From the NCBI RefSeq assembly GCF_006345805.1, contig NC_043013.1, positions 32,736,001 to 32,800,000 of the forward strand: a stretch of DNA of 64,000 nt, given 5' to 3'. Positions 40,262 through 52,951 of this stretch are shown here, one piece after another; the stretch's first letter is position 1, and each line of letters starts with the position of its first letter. A program made the translations under genes and the position numbers. The notes beneath the pieces were generated by a model. The model saw only the letters and a list, made by a program, of their open reading frames with translations. It was not told the DNA's origin and did no database searches. This DNA comes from Octopus sinensis. Taxonomy: Eukaryota.

Positions 40262-40512
40262 AATTGCTCCCTCTCCTCGGATCTTCCTCCCCACCTCTCA
40301 ACTCTCCAGGAAGTAATTCCTCCCCCTCCTCGGAACTTTCCAGTAATGCTCTGAGGATTGGGGGGAATTACTTCCTGGAAAGTTCCTATGAGGGAGAGGA
40401 ACGAGAGAAAGTTCCGAGGGGGAAGGGGACGAATTGCTTCCTGGAAAGTTCCGTAGAGGGTGAGGAATTACTTCCTTGAAAGTTACGAGAAGGGGGAGGA
40501 ATTAATTCCAGG
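40262..40512. repeat. Foldback array of an about 34-bp unit (GAATTACTTCCTGGAAAGTTCC..GGGGAG)
   Basis: About 2 reverse units (40262-40343), a short spacer, then about 4 forward units (40360-40512). Confidence 0.8.
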
Positions 40513-40513
40513 T

Positions 40514-40902
40514 TCAATATTTTCTCCATTTGATGTTGACTGGTCGAAGAAGTTGCTTCCTTCTTGCGGCCCTGCCATAGTAAACAAATTTTTGTAGGTA
40601 CCTGACAGCTGTTCTGGGACTGACTTCAACTTGTTCTGCCATGTCAGAGGACTTGCAACGAGGATTATCCTCCACACTTCTCTTAACAAAGAGAAGTGTC
40701 CTGTCAGAAGGCCCTGGTTGATCTGAGCGAGGTGATGTGGACTCCTTCTCTTCTCCGGTGAATTGCACAATCACTCTATTAACTGTAGAAAGCGGAATCC
40801 CAAGATTTTCTACGACTTTACGCTATGTCCATCTTCAGAATGACCCACAATACGGCCTCATTGAAATTTAGACAGTTCCAATGCTTTTTTTGAACATGGC
40901 AT
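40514..40902 (-). pseudogene. Tc1-family transposase N-terminal (paired-like HTH) fragment
   Basis: MPCSKKALELSKFQ*GRIVGHSEDG / [79 protein letters not shown]; contains a stop and a frameshift, and the DDE domain is missing. Confidence 0.88.
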
Positions 40903-41103
40903 GATTAAACAGTCATATACAGAACCTGAAACATGAACATGTCACTTAAAGAAAAATATACACCTTTACAAGTTAGAATAAACATAAAACGATGGTTTAT
41001 GGGATGTCTATTTACTTTTGTCATGTGTATATATATATATATATTACGTAGATGTACTTGCATAGCAAGTGACCTGATCTGAGATCGTGTGCTGGAATGA
41101 AAA

Positions 41104-41204
41104 CAGCCTGGAAGGTGTTTATAAGCCATTTAAATTTAAATGTTGAAGCGAATCTAACAGTTTTTTCGTGTTTCTTAAATGGTTTATAAACACCTTCCAC
41201 GCTG
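41104..41204. repeat. 30-bp inverted repeat with a 41-nt spacer
   Basis: CAGCCTGGAAGGTGTTTATAAGCCATTTAA versus TTAAATGGTTTATAAACACCTTCCACGCTG, 2 mismatches. Confidence 0.8.
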
Positions 41205-41214
41205 CCCCAATTAT

Positions 41215-41253
<39 letters not shown>

Positions 41254-41279
41254 ATATTATATATGTATGTATATATATA

Positions 41280-41502
41280 TACGTAGCTCAGATCCACTAA
41301 AACTACTCAATTTAGCCATACAAAAACCAGTTGTACAATAATTTTAAGGACTGGGGTTTAAAGTTTGCGAGAACCTGCTCAATCTGGTGAGGTTTGTATC
41401 ATTCATTTTGCTAAAAGTAACATGAACTTATGACTGCATTTGCTGAAAATTTCGGATCTGCAATTGAGTAGCGTGGTGATATTCTCAGATCTAAGCTACG
41501 TA
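41280..41502. mobile_element. MITE with short bipartite TIRs
   Basis: TACGTAGCTCAGATC (41280-41294) / GATCTAAGCTACGTA (41488-41502), plus CTACTCAATT / AATTGAGTAG subterminal repeats; TA at both ends. Confidence 0.7.
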
Positions 41503-41730
41503 GAAGCTATATTTCTTAGATCCATTTACATATGACATGGATAACCCAACAATCCTCCTCTTGTGATGTGCAGCTGGTCTTCAAATCCTATAAGTGGCTA
41601 GTCAACTTAGTGACCCTGCTTATTTTGATGCGTCGCCAACACTTGCATACTCACTCACACAAAAACACGCACACATACTCACATACACACACACACTTCT
41701 TATATAAATATATATACATATATATACAGT

Positions 41731-41909
41731 CAAACAGATTAAGTCGATTATATCGACCCCAGTGCGTGACTGGTACTTAATTAATCGACCCCGAAAGGAT
41801 GAAAGGCAAAGTCGACCTCGGTGGAATTTGAACTCAGAACGTAACGACAGGCGAAATACGGCTACGCATTTCACCCGGTGTGCTAGCGTTTCTACCAGCT
41901 CGCCACCTT
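41731..41909 (-). mobile_element. SINE family B
   Basis: Reverse-complement head and central domain. Confidence 0.9.
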
Positions 41910-42824
41910 ACAAGCAATTAGACTAAACCGACGAAATTTGTTAAATATGTAACGTGTAATATCTTCAAATATTATTGTATATTACACAGAATGGTTTAAC
42001 GAAAAATGTACACACTCTGAGACAGATACACAGACATACAAACACACGCACGCGCAGACACAAACGCGCGTGCACACAAACACAAGCTTACACATACACA
42101 CGTGTTCATATATTAATGGCAGCTTCAGAATTATTAAACTTGGTAGAATTTTTGTCTCATGATTTTCTCACCGAGAACCTAATTTCTGCTTAGGTGTACA
42201 ACGTTGATTATGAAACGTATGTATTTAAAAATAATATTTTTTTTTTCTTAAATATGAGCTTGTGTCGAAGCAATAACGTGTATGTGTGTTGACTGAAAAT
42301 TGTAACTGAGAGCAATTTGCTATACATTGAAACAAATGTAGGTTTTAATAAATTACAACAGAATGAAAACACGTGATGTTAGTTTGCGATGCGTAAAAAT
42401 GAAGGTATGGGAAGGTAATCAAGAATACATACACACACACACACGAACGCAAGAACACATACATATACACATACACACGTACACACATACAATGGCGCAA
42501 ATACGTTATCCTGAATGCGGATTAAAATAATGAGATATATAAAAAAAAACAACAAAAATATTAAATACGCTATATTTACAATGTGTATGAAGTGACGAAT
42601 ATGAAACATGCTTATCTTGAAATTGTGATATCTATTAAAAGGTCATGCCATGTCACTAATATGAATGTATAAAGTATACGATGTTAACTACGGGATCGGC
42701 TATATATTAAAACAATGGTATCATTTAATCAAATCAAGGATGTATTTTAAAATTACAATGTTTTTATACACACGTACGCACACACACCTACACACACATA
42801 ACTATTTATTGAAAGATAGTTATG

Positions 42825-42875
<51 letters not shown>

Positions 42876-42904
42876 TTATATATATGCCTGAGTATATATA
42901 TGTT

Positions 42905-42946
<42 letters not shown>

Positions 42947-43014
42947 AATTTTAACCTTGAAAAGTATGATGTTTGTTGAAACAATGAAATATCAGATGAA
43001 ATATGATAAAGAAC

Positions 43015-43113
43015 ATTATTTACATTATTTACATTTGAGGGATATTTGTCCTCATCTTGGGGAAATTTGGAACTTGGGTTCTCATCGCTAAAGTATTTTT
43101 CGATGTTATTATG

Positions 43114-43174
<61 letters not shown>

Positions 43175-43345
43175 TACTAATAATAATAATATTAATAACA
43201 CCCCAAGAGACCTGATGAAGGCTAGATGGCATATCAAACGAAACATATTAATAATAAAATAGATGAGGACAAATATCCGTCAAATGTAAATAATGTAAAT
43301 AATATAAATAATGTACATAATTCCACATCTCTTAAATATAGAACT
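43015..43345. mobile_element. Penelope-like terminal repeats in inverted orientation around (TAA)n, with a decayed hammerhead motif
   Basis: 43-bp arms at 43015-43057 and 43261-43303 (1 mismatch); CTGATGA-A-GGCTA..CAAAC-GAAAC at 43212-43244. Confidence 0.6.
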
Positions 43346-44093
43346 GTATTATATTAACAAAACGAATAAAATCAAAGTAAACGAGCGCGAGAAAAGATTG
43401 ACATTCTAACAGGAAAGAGAATATAAGTTAGTATAAATTAGCATTAAAATTTATTAAAATAAAATGAAGAAATGAGTGTCTTAAATTATAAGACATTAAA
43501 AGAGAATGACTTCCCCCAGGCACAACAGAAGAAATAAACGTAAAGTTGGAATAAAACAGAGTGAGTCCTACGAATTTTAACAAGGTGGTGTACAAAATTA
43601 TTTAATCCAGAATGACTATTAGGTATGAAGTCGTATAATTAGTTTAATCAGAGGTCCTTAATGAGGAAGATGTAATGAAGCTAACTTCAGCAATATTAAA
43701 GTAATGAAGCCGAATATAATACACTGAGAGGAATTTGTATGTGATAAATTAAATTATCATTCAATTATACAGAGAGTTATAGATACAATGCCTGGCAACA
43801 CCGTCCGTGTTACATCCTGGACTCAACGGGAGGCTTCGGATTTTACATTATACACCTTTCTTCAGGCGATCCGATCTAGGTTGGTCAAGATTTATCCTCT
43901 GTTCAAGTATAACTCTACTGGCCCTGCTGATCACTTTTTTCTTTAGAGCTATGGTCAGTGCTTTCTAAGAAAACACTTAATCGCTGCTGGTGTTTCCATT
44001 TCTACTCGTTCTTGTATAAATGTAATAAATGGTGAGATAGTTGCTATGCTTGTCTCTAAAAACTGCTATTTCATAAAGATGGATCCCATTTTA

Positions 44094-44541
44094 AGGCGGC
44101 GAGCTGGCAGAAACGTTAGCACGCCGGGCGAAATGCGTAGCCGTATTTCGTCTGCCGCTACGTTCTGAGTTCAAATTCCGCCGAGGTTGACTTTGCCTTT
44201 AATCCTTTCGGGGTCGATTAAATAAGTACCAGTTACGCACTGCGGTCGATATAATCGACTGAATCTGTTTGTATGTCCTTGTATTCCCCCTGTGTGTATA
44301 GCCCATTGTGGGCAGTAAACAAATAAGAAATGTTAGCACGCCGGGCGAAATGCTTAGTGGTATGTCGTCTGCCTTTACGTTCTAAGTTCTGAGTTCTGAG
44401 TTCAAATTCCACCGTGGTTGACTTTGCTTTTCATCATTTCGGGGACGATAAATTGCATACAAATTGCCACTGGGGTCGATCTAATCGACTGGCCCCCTCC
44501 CCGCGAAATTTTCGGGCCTTGTGCCTAGAATAGAAAAGAAT
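44094..44541 (+). mobile_element. Two same-orientation SINE family B copies with different tails
   Basis: Full copy at 44094-44325, then a second starting at GTTAGCACGCCGGGCG with the tail GGCCCCCTCCCC..GGGCCTTGTGCCTAGAATAGAAAAGAAT. Confidence 0.88.
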
Positions 44542-44639
44542 AAAAGCCGCAATGGTACCAACTGATAATAAAAAAGAACCTATGGACAAAAAGTTTGGTA
44601 GGAGGTTTGGATACAAGTTATTGGCGTGATAGTGTTGAT

Positions 44640-44860
44640 TGTTTGGAGCAATAATGTTACGTTCATCGAAATTCTATAAAACGGGAACCCATTGGAGAGT
44701 ATCATAAATAAGTAGATCTTCAGTGGATCTGGTTCTACAGAAGACCTACACACTGTCATGGAGAACGTTATAATAAATTGCGGTCTCCATTATATTTCCA
44801 ATGTTTGAAAAGAAAGCAAAGGTAGTGATAATCGGGAGGCTAAGCGTGGTTGACTTTATT
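44640..44860 (-). mobile_element. Very decayed LINE reverse-transcriptase remnant (Jockey/CR1-like)
   Basis: VFCRTRSTEDLLIYDTLQWVPVL*NFDERNIIA resembles the GFR..RSTGDLL..T..W...L.NFGES..IALD segment. Confidence 0.35.
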
Positions 44861-45329
44861 TAGAGTGGGACACACTCAGGTATACTGCGAAATATCATGG
44901 AATATTTCTATAGAGAGTAAGAGATTAAAAAGTTTGAAGAATATAGGACCAAGCTCTGGGGTGCACTGTTTAAGGGTGTTTGAAGGGACATATACAGCAA
45001 CGCTATTAATGTATTAAAAAATATCCTTCGAGTTATTACTTGGCTACTATCTTATTCTGTTTGATTTGGTTATCAAGTGATATTTTCATGTGAAGATATT
45101 CTTTTTGTACGTGTCAGTTGTTGTTGTTGTTATCATTATTACTATTTGATATTTTGTTGCTAAAATTGATGTGGCAATTCTTTGCGTGTTAATTATAAAA
45201 ATGATTTAATATATATATTATCTCTCAAATATGCTTGAAATTCGATGAGAAAAATTATTCATAAATCTATATAAATCTGCATCCTCATTTTCCATTTCTA
45301 TTTCTTATACGAAATATGTTGAATACACA

Positions 45330-45375
45330 AGTATTCGCGCATATACATACATACATACATATATACATACATACA

Positions 45376-45406
<31 letters not shown>

Positions 45407-45657
45407 CATACATACATACATACAAACATACATACATGCATACATATACAGACACACGCATACACATATATAGGTGTATGCATGTATGTATATATATTTA
45501 TATCTATGTATATATGTATGTGTATATATATGTATATATATATATATACATATAACGTGTATATGAATGTGTATATGCATATGAATATATTTATATATAT
45601 TTGTATATATATATACAGGTATATATACATATATGTATATATATATATATATACATG

Positions 45658-45689
<32 letters not shown>

Positions 45690-45693
45690 CATG

Positions 45694-45727
<34 letters not shown>

Positions 45728-45729
45728 TC

Positions 45730-45781
<52 letters not shown>

Positions 45782-45830
45782 TATATCTATATATATATAT
45801 ATGTATATATATATAATTTTAAGCGATGAA
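45330..45830. repeat. (TACA)n/(TA)n microsatellite
   Basis: Seen directly. Confidence 0.95.
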
Positions 45831-46749
45831 TATTTTGTGATGAATAATAAGCATATATATATATATAATGTTAGCGTTTATGTGTGTTCGAGCATAATAT
45901 TATTTACATATTTATATTGATGTTGAATATATATAAGTATGCATACACACATACACACACACACACACATACACATACACACACGCACACAAACATATAT
46001 ATATATATCCAATGGGGGCAGGTATAGATTTTAAACCAGAATAAGAAAGAGCGTATGTGAAAATATAATTACAGTGTATTTGCTATTTATTTATTCTTCC
46101 CCAAAAAGAACCGCCTTCCGGCCAGTAGTTTTGGTACTAGATAGGTATTAAATAATCTTACTGAATTTCTTATAGAAATCATTTATAATGACTGAGAGAG
46201 AAACAGATAAAATGAGACTGAGAATGAGAGGAAGAAAATGACAGATTGAGAAAGAGGTGAAAGTAAAAGAGGCAATATAAAGGGGGAAAAATAGAGACAA
46301 TCTAAAGGAAATGAAATTAATATTTACAAATTCTTTGTGTATATCTACTCAGACATACATACACACATGCATGCACAGATACACACGCACTCACGCACGC
46401 ACGCATGCACGCACGCACGCATGCACGCACGCACGCATGCACGCACGCACGCACGCATGCACGCACGAACACGTATATATGTTCATCTATGTTTACTTAC
46501 TCGCATATGGATTCATACACGCACACACCCTCACATACATACATACATACATACATACATATTTATGTATGCGTGTAGCGGGCCGGGTGGGACCGGTTTC
46601 TTAAGATCTTCTCCTGCAAGGACGTGATAGATCCTGCAAGGACGGCCTCAGTCGCATGGAGTGTTACTTTGAGCAAGTGTCTTATGTTAGAGATCTTAAG
46701 TCGATCAATGTAACATTAGGGGATTCGGTACCGGGTTAATTGGCATATT

Positions 46750-47112
46750 ATCGTGTTTAACACCCGAAGCGGGCTTCTTTGCACTGTTCCAAAGGTTCCA
46801 CCAATACCGTCTAGTTTGAGAACCATGTACTGAAGCAGCTTGCAATTCAAGGGCCCACAGGTATTTAATACCTTATCAAAATATCCAGGAGATCTTCATG
46901 GAGTAAGGGGACATGTTTTCAAGAAACAGCTTGATCTGCTGTCCAAAGTCCCAGATGTATCTACATCAGGACAAGAAACTCAACAGAGGGCTGCTGTGTC
47001 GAATTCCCTCCTTCACCAAAAGCCAATCGCATAAGACAGGTCACTGAAAAGATGATACTAGTAGAGCTCCAGCATGGCAACAGCTCTTGGGCTGAAACGT
47101 ATAAAAGAAATG
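46750..47112 (+). mobile_element. CR1/L2-group LINE 3' end, decayed
   Basis: NTRSGLLCTVPKVPPIPSSLRTMY*SSLQFKGPQVFNTL..FKKQLDLLSKVPD..QQRAAVSNSLLHQ; tail GCTCCAGCATGGCAACAGCTCTTGGGCTGAAA. Confidence 0.85.
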
Positions 47113-47177
47113 ACAGAAATATATTTATTTTTATTTGTAAATACACTCTTATATATACATACATATATACATATATT

Positions 47178-47210
<33 letters not shown>

Positions 47211-48042
47211 CTATGTGTGCATGTGTGCGTGGTGTGTGTGTCTGTATAAGGATGTCTTAATATTTTTCTAGCATAACGCTTTGGAACCTTAGTAAGACAA
47301 CGTTCTTTTCGGTGGCATAGCGCATACAAACTCCCTTCTTTTCTTTCTCTTTGTACTCTCTCTTCCAATTCTTTTTGACCGACTGCTATTCATAGTAAAT
47401 GCTTCACGCAGACCTCTCCCTTTCACCACCTGAACAAATGAGAAGTCGTCGAAACATCTTGATATCCTAAAAGAGATTCCACAATGTAAATACTCGGTTA
47501 TAATTTTTTTATATACTTGTAACTGAGTTTCATTCTCTCTATTTATTTCCATTGGAGATTGAATAAAGTCTCAAATGTTTCTTTTAAATATCATTTAGAA
47601 CACTTCCGAGTGGATGAAAATGTGCTTCGTGTGTTTTTTCGTATAATCAACTTCCATATAAATCGAACCTCGATGATTTTAAATTCTATATTTTCTTAGA
47701 AAGAACCCTAGACACTTCATTACCTTGGTAACACAGGATATTTTACGCGCTAATCTGATTCTGCATGTACCTTCTAACTATTCGAGATCCATTATCTCCG
47801 TGCATGTATTTTACACATGCTTTGGTCATAGACCCAACAAAATCTGAATTAGTTTCAGAGCACGCTATATTAATATATATATATATATATATATATGCCC
47901 CACGAATATTTACGCACGCATGTATAAACGAATACACCAGTACGTTTATTAGTGTACATGTGTATTAAATAAAGTGTTTATATTCTCATTCTGTTTATGT
48001 ATGTATGTGTAAGTATGTATGTATGTTATGTATGTATGTATC

Positions 48043-48178
<136 letters not shown>

Positions 48179-48251
48179 ATACATATATGAGTGTGTGTGC
48201 TTGTGTATATGTATATATTTACGTACATTTATGCGCCTGTGTATAAACTTG

Positions 48252-48477
48252 TACTCTCTCTTTTACTCTTTTGCTTGTTTCAGTCATTTGACTGCGGCCA
48301 TGCTGGAGCGCCGCCTTTAATCGAACAACTCGACCCCGGACTTATTCTTTTGTAAGCCCAGTAATTATTCTATCGGTTTTCTTTTGCCGAACCGCTAAGT
48401 AACGGGGACATAAACACACAGCATCGGTTGTCAAGCAATGCTAGAGTGGGACAAACAGACACAAACCACACACACGC

Positions 48478-48535
<58 letters not shown>

Positions 48536-48563
48536 TATATATATATATATCACATATCTATCT

Positions 48564-48631
<68 letters not shown>

Positions 48632-48844
48632 ATCTTTCTCTCTCCTCTCTCTCTCTCTATATATATATATATACGTATGTACGACAGGCTTCTTTCAGTT
48701 TCTGTCTACCAAATCCACTCACAAGGCTTTGGTCGACCCGAGGCTATAGCAGAAGACACTCGCCCAAGATGCCACGCAGTGGGACTGAACCGGGAACCAT
48801 GTAGTTGGTAACCAAGCTATTTACCACCCAGCCACTCCTGCGCC
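48252..48844 (-). mobile_element. SINE family A, full length with an expanded internal (TA)/(TATC)/(TC)n
   Basis: Head at 48675-48844 and tail at 48252-48460, separated by about 200 bp of microsatellite. Confidence 0.9.
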
Positions 48845-49319
48845 TATACGTTATACGTCATATATTTATACATACGTCTATGCCTGTGTATGGAAATCCA
48901 TGAAAACGCAAGAATACAAAAACATGTACGACCGTAAGTGTGCGTCAACGTACATACTCCATTTCCATTTATCGTTACTCTCCTTTACGCGTGCGTATGT
49001 ATGCAAAACATATCTTTAAAGTTTCCTCATTAGTTTATTTATTTATTGAATGGCGCAACGGGCAAGTCATTTACAATATATGGATTATCTACGAGGTGCT
49101 GCAATTGTTTTTTTATAATTTGTTCCAGAACAATCCAGAAATTCCATTATCACAGGCACTTATATATGTAATGTTCCTTGATTTGAAACCAGCTTGGTAA
49201 GAGGTTAACGTATGAAACTCTCGGTCCTTGACTCACTCTGTAACTTCTACTTATTATTAATAAAATAAATACGTATACTCATGTCCTGAGTTCTATTTTC
49301 CTGCATAAATGCATGTATA

Positions 49320-49454
<135 letters not shown>

Positions 49455-49461
49455 CATGTGC

Positions 49462-49752
49462 AGGGCAGCGGACTCGCGGTTTCAGTTCCAGACCGGGCGT
49501 TGTGAGTGTTTATTGAGCGAAAACAACCTAAAGCTCAGCAACGTTCTCTCTATTTTCCTGTTTCTGTTGTACCTGCATTTCAAAGGGCCAACCTTGTCAC
49601 ATTCTATGTCGTGCTGAACCTCCCCTGAGAACTGCGTCAAAAGTACACGTTTCTGTGGAATGCTCAGCCACTTGCGCGTTAATTTCAGGGCAGGCCGTTC
49701 CGTTGATCGGATCAACTGGAACCCTCATCATCATAACCGACGGAGTGCTAAC
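49462..49752 (+). mobile_element. SINE with a family C head but a different body and tail
   Basis: GGGCAGCGGACTCGCGGTTTC..GACCGGGCGTTGTGAGTGTTTATTGAGCGAAAAC is shared with the copy at 20702; ends CGACGGAGTGCTAAC. Confidence 0.85.
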
Positions 49753-50099
49753 AATATTTATATATATATATATATATATGCATGATAGATCGTTAGCTCC
49801 TACACGCATTTTTTTCCTCTCCTTGTTTTTTTTCTGTGTATCTTTCTGTCGAAGAGCGTAGGCTCGAAACGTAAAAGACTTTTCTAATACATTTGTTTGT
49901 TTGTACTCCACCTGTCTTCGTCTTTTGTTTATTTTCGTAAACTTTCCCTTTATATATATATATATATATCTGTGTGTGTGTCTGTTTGTGTGTGTGAGCA
50001 ATAATAATGAACTCTCTCGTCGTTAGACGACGTATGAGAGATCGACAATTTCTTGCCGAATAACCACACAGATGATTTGTTTATAGTGATCAAATATTT

Positions 50100-50300
50100 G
50101 TGTAAACCTATGTTCACTCCCCCCGTCAAATCGTCGTTACCTGTACAAGTGCAACTAGGTGCCGCGTGTTAGGTGTCGAAATGATAGCAGAGAAACGTGA
50201 AATGAAGTGCGTTTGTTTAAAAACACAGCGCAACGCCAAGTCTGAGAATCGAACCCACGTTCTAGCAATCGTGGGTGAACACCCTAACCACTAAGCCATG
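50100..50300 (-). mobile_element. tRNA-derived SINE family D (diverged)
   Basis: Minus strand has the A box TGGCTTAGTGG and the B box GGTTCGATTC. Confidence 0.6.
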
Positions 50301-50378
50301 TATATATATATATATATATATGTGTGTGCGTGTGTGAGTGTGTGTGTGTGTGTGTATATATCCATAGCTATCTATCTG

Positions 50379-50465
<87 letters not shown>

Positions 50466-50499
50466 CACTCTCTTTCCCTCTCTCTCTCTCTCTCTCTAT

Positions 50500-50553
<54 letters not shown>

Positions 50554-52129
50554 CCAACACACGCATTTGTTCACATACATGTAGTTATATTTATATATAT
50601 ACGAGTAGATATAGATATCGATATATATGCATCAATTCAGTAAGCTTGCTTCGAGGTGACACAGATGCAATTAACATAGCTTTGAAGTTATCAATGATAA
50701 CTGCGTGAAGACAATAATATTTATTTATTTGTATTTTTTTAGCCTCGCCAACATCTCTGCTTAGCCTGTCGAACTCATGCAATGCTTGATTATAATCTGC
50801 TACCTTCATAATATAATATAATTGAATAGAAGTCAGTACATTATAATATTATATGGTGCAAAATGTTACATACAGTATTATAATTTGTTACTGCTTTGAG
50901 TCTCTGGGCAGTGGCCATAATAGCACGCATAGTCGAAGGCTTATATTCTCTCATACTGCTCCAAGTTCTTATTTCGTAGTCTTAGTTATGTGAGACATTC
51001 TAATAAGGGTTCAAAGTCTCATTTAGTCGGGGAAACAAACAATCATATGTAAATTGAATCAATTATTTAAGATGTTCTAGATTTTATCAATTCGTCCCCC
51101 CAAAATTGTAAATAGTAACTTCGTAGAGCCCTTAATTTATCGAATTTCACTTAATTATTTAGCTATTGATTTTCTGCCTTCTACATGCAGAGTTTGACCG
51201 CGCATGAACCCGTTACATGTTTTATATAGAACCGCGTATTTTTATCAGGCTTTTTGCATTGCATTCGGGATTATCCAATTTTCGTTTTTCATTTAAATAT
51301 CAGAACTTGATGTACAACAAAAGTGGCTGGCGGCTTTGTCACTACACCAATTGCAATCTGCTAGGGAAACCTCATCCAATGCAGGAGATGAAAAACCGCT
51401 CCACGTCATGTTTAGAAGCTTAATACTATCAATAGTTAACATGTCTGAGGTTCCATTACATATAATTTAAATAAAGGAATTAGGAAATAGTATATTTTAA
51501 TACAAGACTAATATAAAATAATTTATTTAAGAAATAACGAAAATTTTATTAGTTGGTAATATATTGCTGTCCCTAGTTTGCCAATAGCGGGCATCTCCAG
51601 GATTTTACATTTTACTGAATCTTCGAATTGTATCTAGTGATATCCCTTATTCTCTCACATTCTCATATTCTCACAACCTCTTTCTTTCTCTTCCTCTTTA
51701 ACAAGGAACCTCTCTTTAGCAGAGGTTTAATATAACATGGTCATCAGTGTTTTAATCCAATGGTATTTCAAGTACGCACGTCGATTTAACTTAAATCTGA
51801 TCGCCCTCTGCACAAGTGCACAAATATCTATTTCTCTGATACCTATGTCAGAACGAAAGTTCCGACAAAGCCCAGCATGACTAGTGGAGTTCGTCACACA
51901 GAAGGCGAAATTAAGCCGAAACACCGATGTCTAGAGGTTCAATGGCGTCATTCAGTGCCACCATAATTTTCAGCGTGAAATGTTTAAGGTACTTTTACTA
52001 GGACAAAATCTTAGAGCTGGTGCCAGTCTACATTTGCATACATATATATCATAAAATGTATTACATATCGTTATTTTGATTTAATACCGTTTCAAAGGCG
52101 TAAACATCCATCCGTCCGTCCATCCATCC

Positions 52130-52236
<107 letters not shown>

Positions 52237-52291
52237 CTGTCTGTCTGTCTGTCGTCTGTCTGTCGGTCTGTCTGCCTATCTATCTATCTAT

Positions 52292-52433
52292 AAAAAAGTG
52301 GGGTAGGTTTTCGATCAAAAGGGATCGAAAAAGGGGGAAGAAAGCAACGATCAATAGTGATACACGACCCCTATTGATGGTTTTTTCTTCCCTTTTACGA
52401 TCCCTTTTGATCGAAAACCTACCCTACTTTTTT
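52292..52433. mobile_element. Hairpin/MITE-like palindrome, about 65-bp arms with a 13-nt loop
   Basis: 27-bp perfect inverted stretch GGGTAGGTTTTCGATCAAAAGGGATCG; lies close to (TCTA)/(TCTG)n arrays. Confidence 0.75.
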
Positions 52434-52498
52434 TTTCTCCCCAAAAAGAAAAGCTCTCCTTTGTAATCTGTCCCGTCTGTGTGGCTAATGAAGAAACA

Positions 52499-52605
<107 letters not shown>

Positions 52606-52914
52606 GATTGAAATTAATGCTTGAAAGATTGTTAAAAACAACATTTATTATGGTCAAAAAGAGAGAAACTGCTTCGCCGGCCAAAAGCTTAATTTTCTGT
52701 CAGGCATCATGTATACATTCGAAGCTTTCTTCAAAGGAATCTAATGCGCTTAGCGTAGATTTTCCTTGGGGCTGGCCAGATTGGAGCAATCTCAAGATTA
52801 ATCAGCCGGAATTGTGAGGATGATCCCGTTCTTGACTGAAGATTGAAGGCTTCGAATGTCCCGTGTTTTTTGTATCGTCTTCTAAACGTTTTGCGTTTTT
52901 GTCCCAGTTTGTAT

Positions 52915-52951
<37 letters not shown>

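Noticed and set aside
40360-40512. CRISPR-like repeat array
   Set aside because: The units are contiguous and degenerate with no unique spacers, in a eukaryotic context.
43780-44090. Possible LINE endonuclease remnant
   Set aside because: The similarity is only impressionistic and spread across frames.
47289-47552. 87-aa minus-strand ORF with an internal acceptor-like site
   Set aside because: It is purine-rich low-complexity sequence with no donor and no recognisable family.
51895-51935. GGC..GCC-GAAACACCGATGTC half-hammerhead
   Set aside because: The CUGANGA core is absent.
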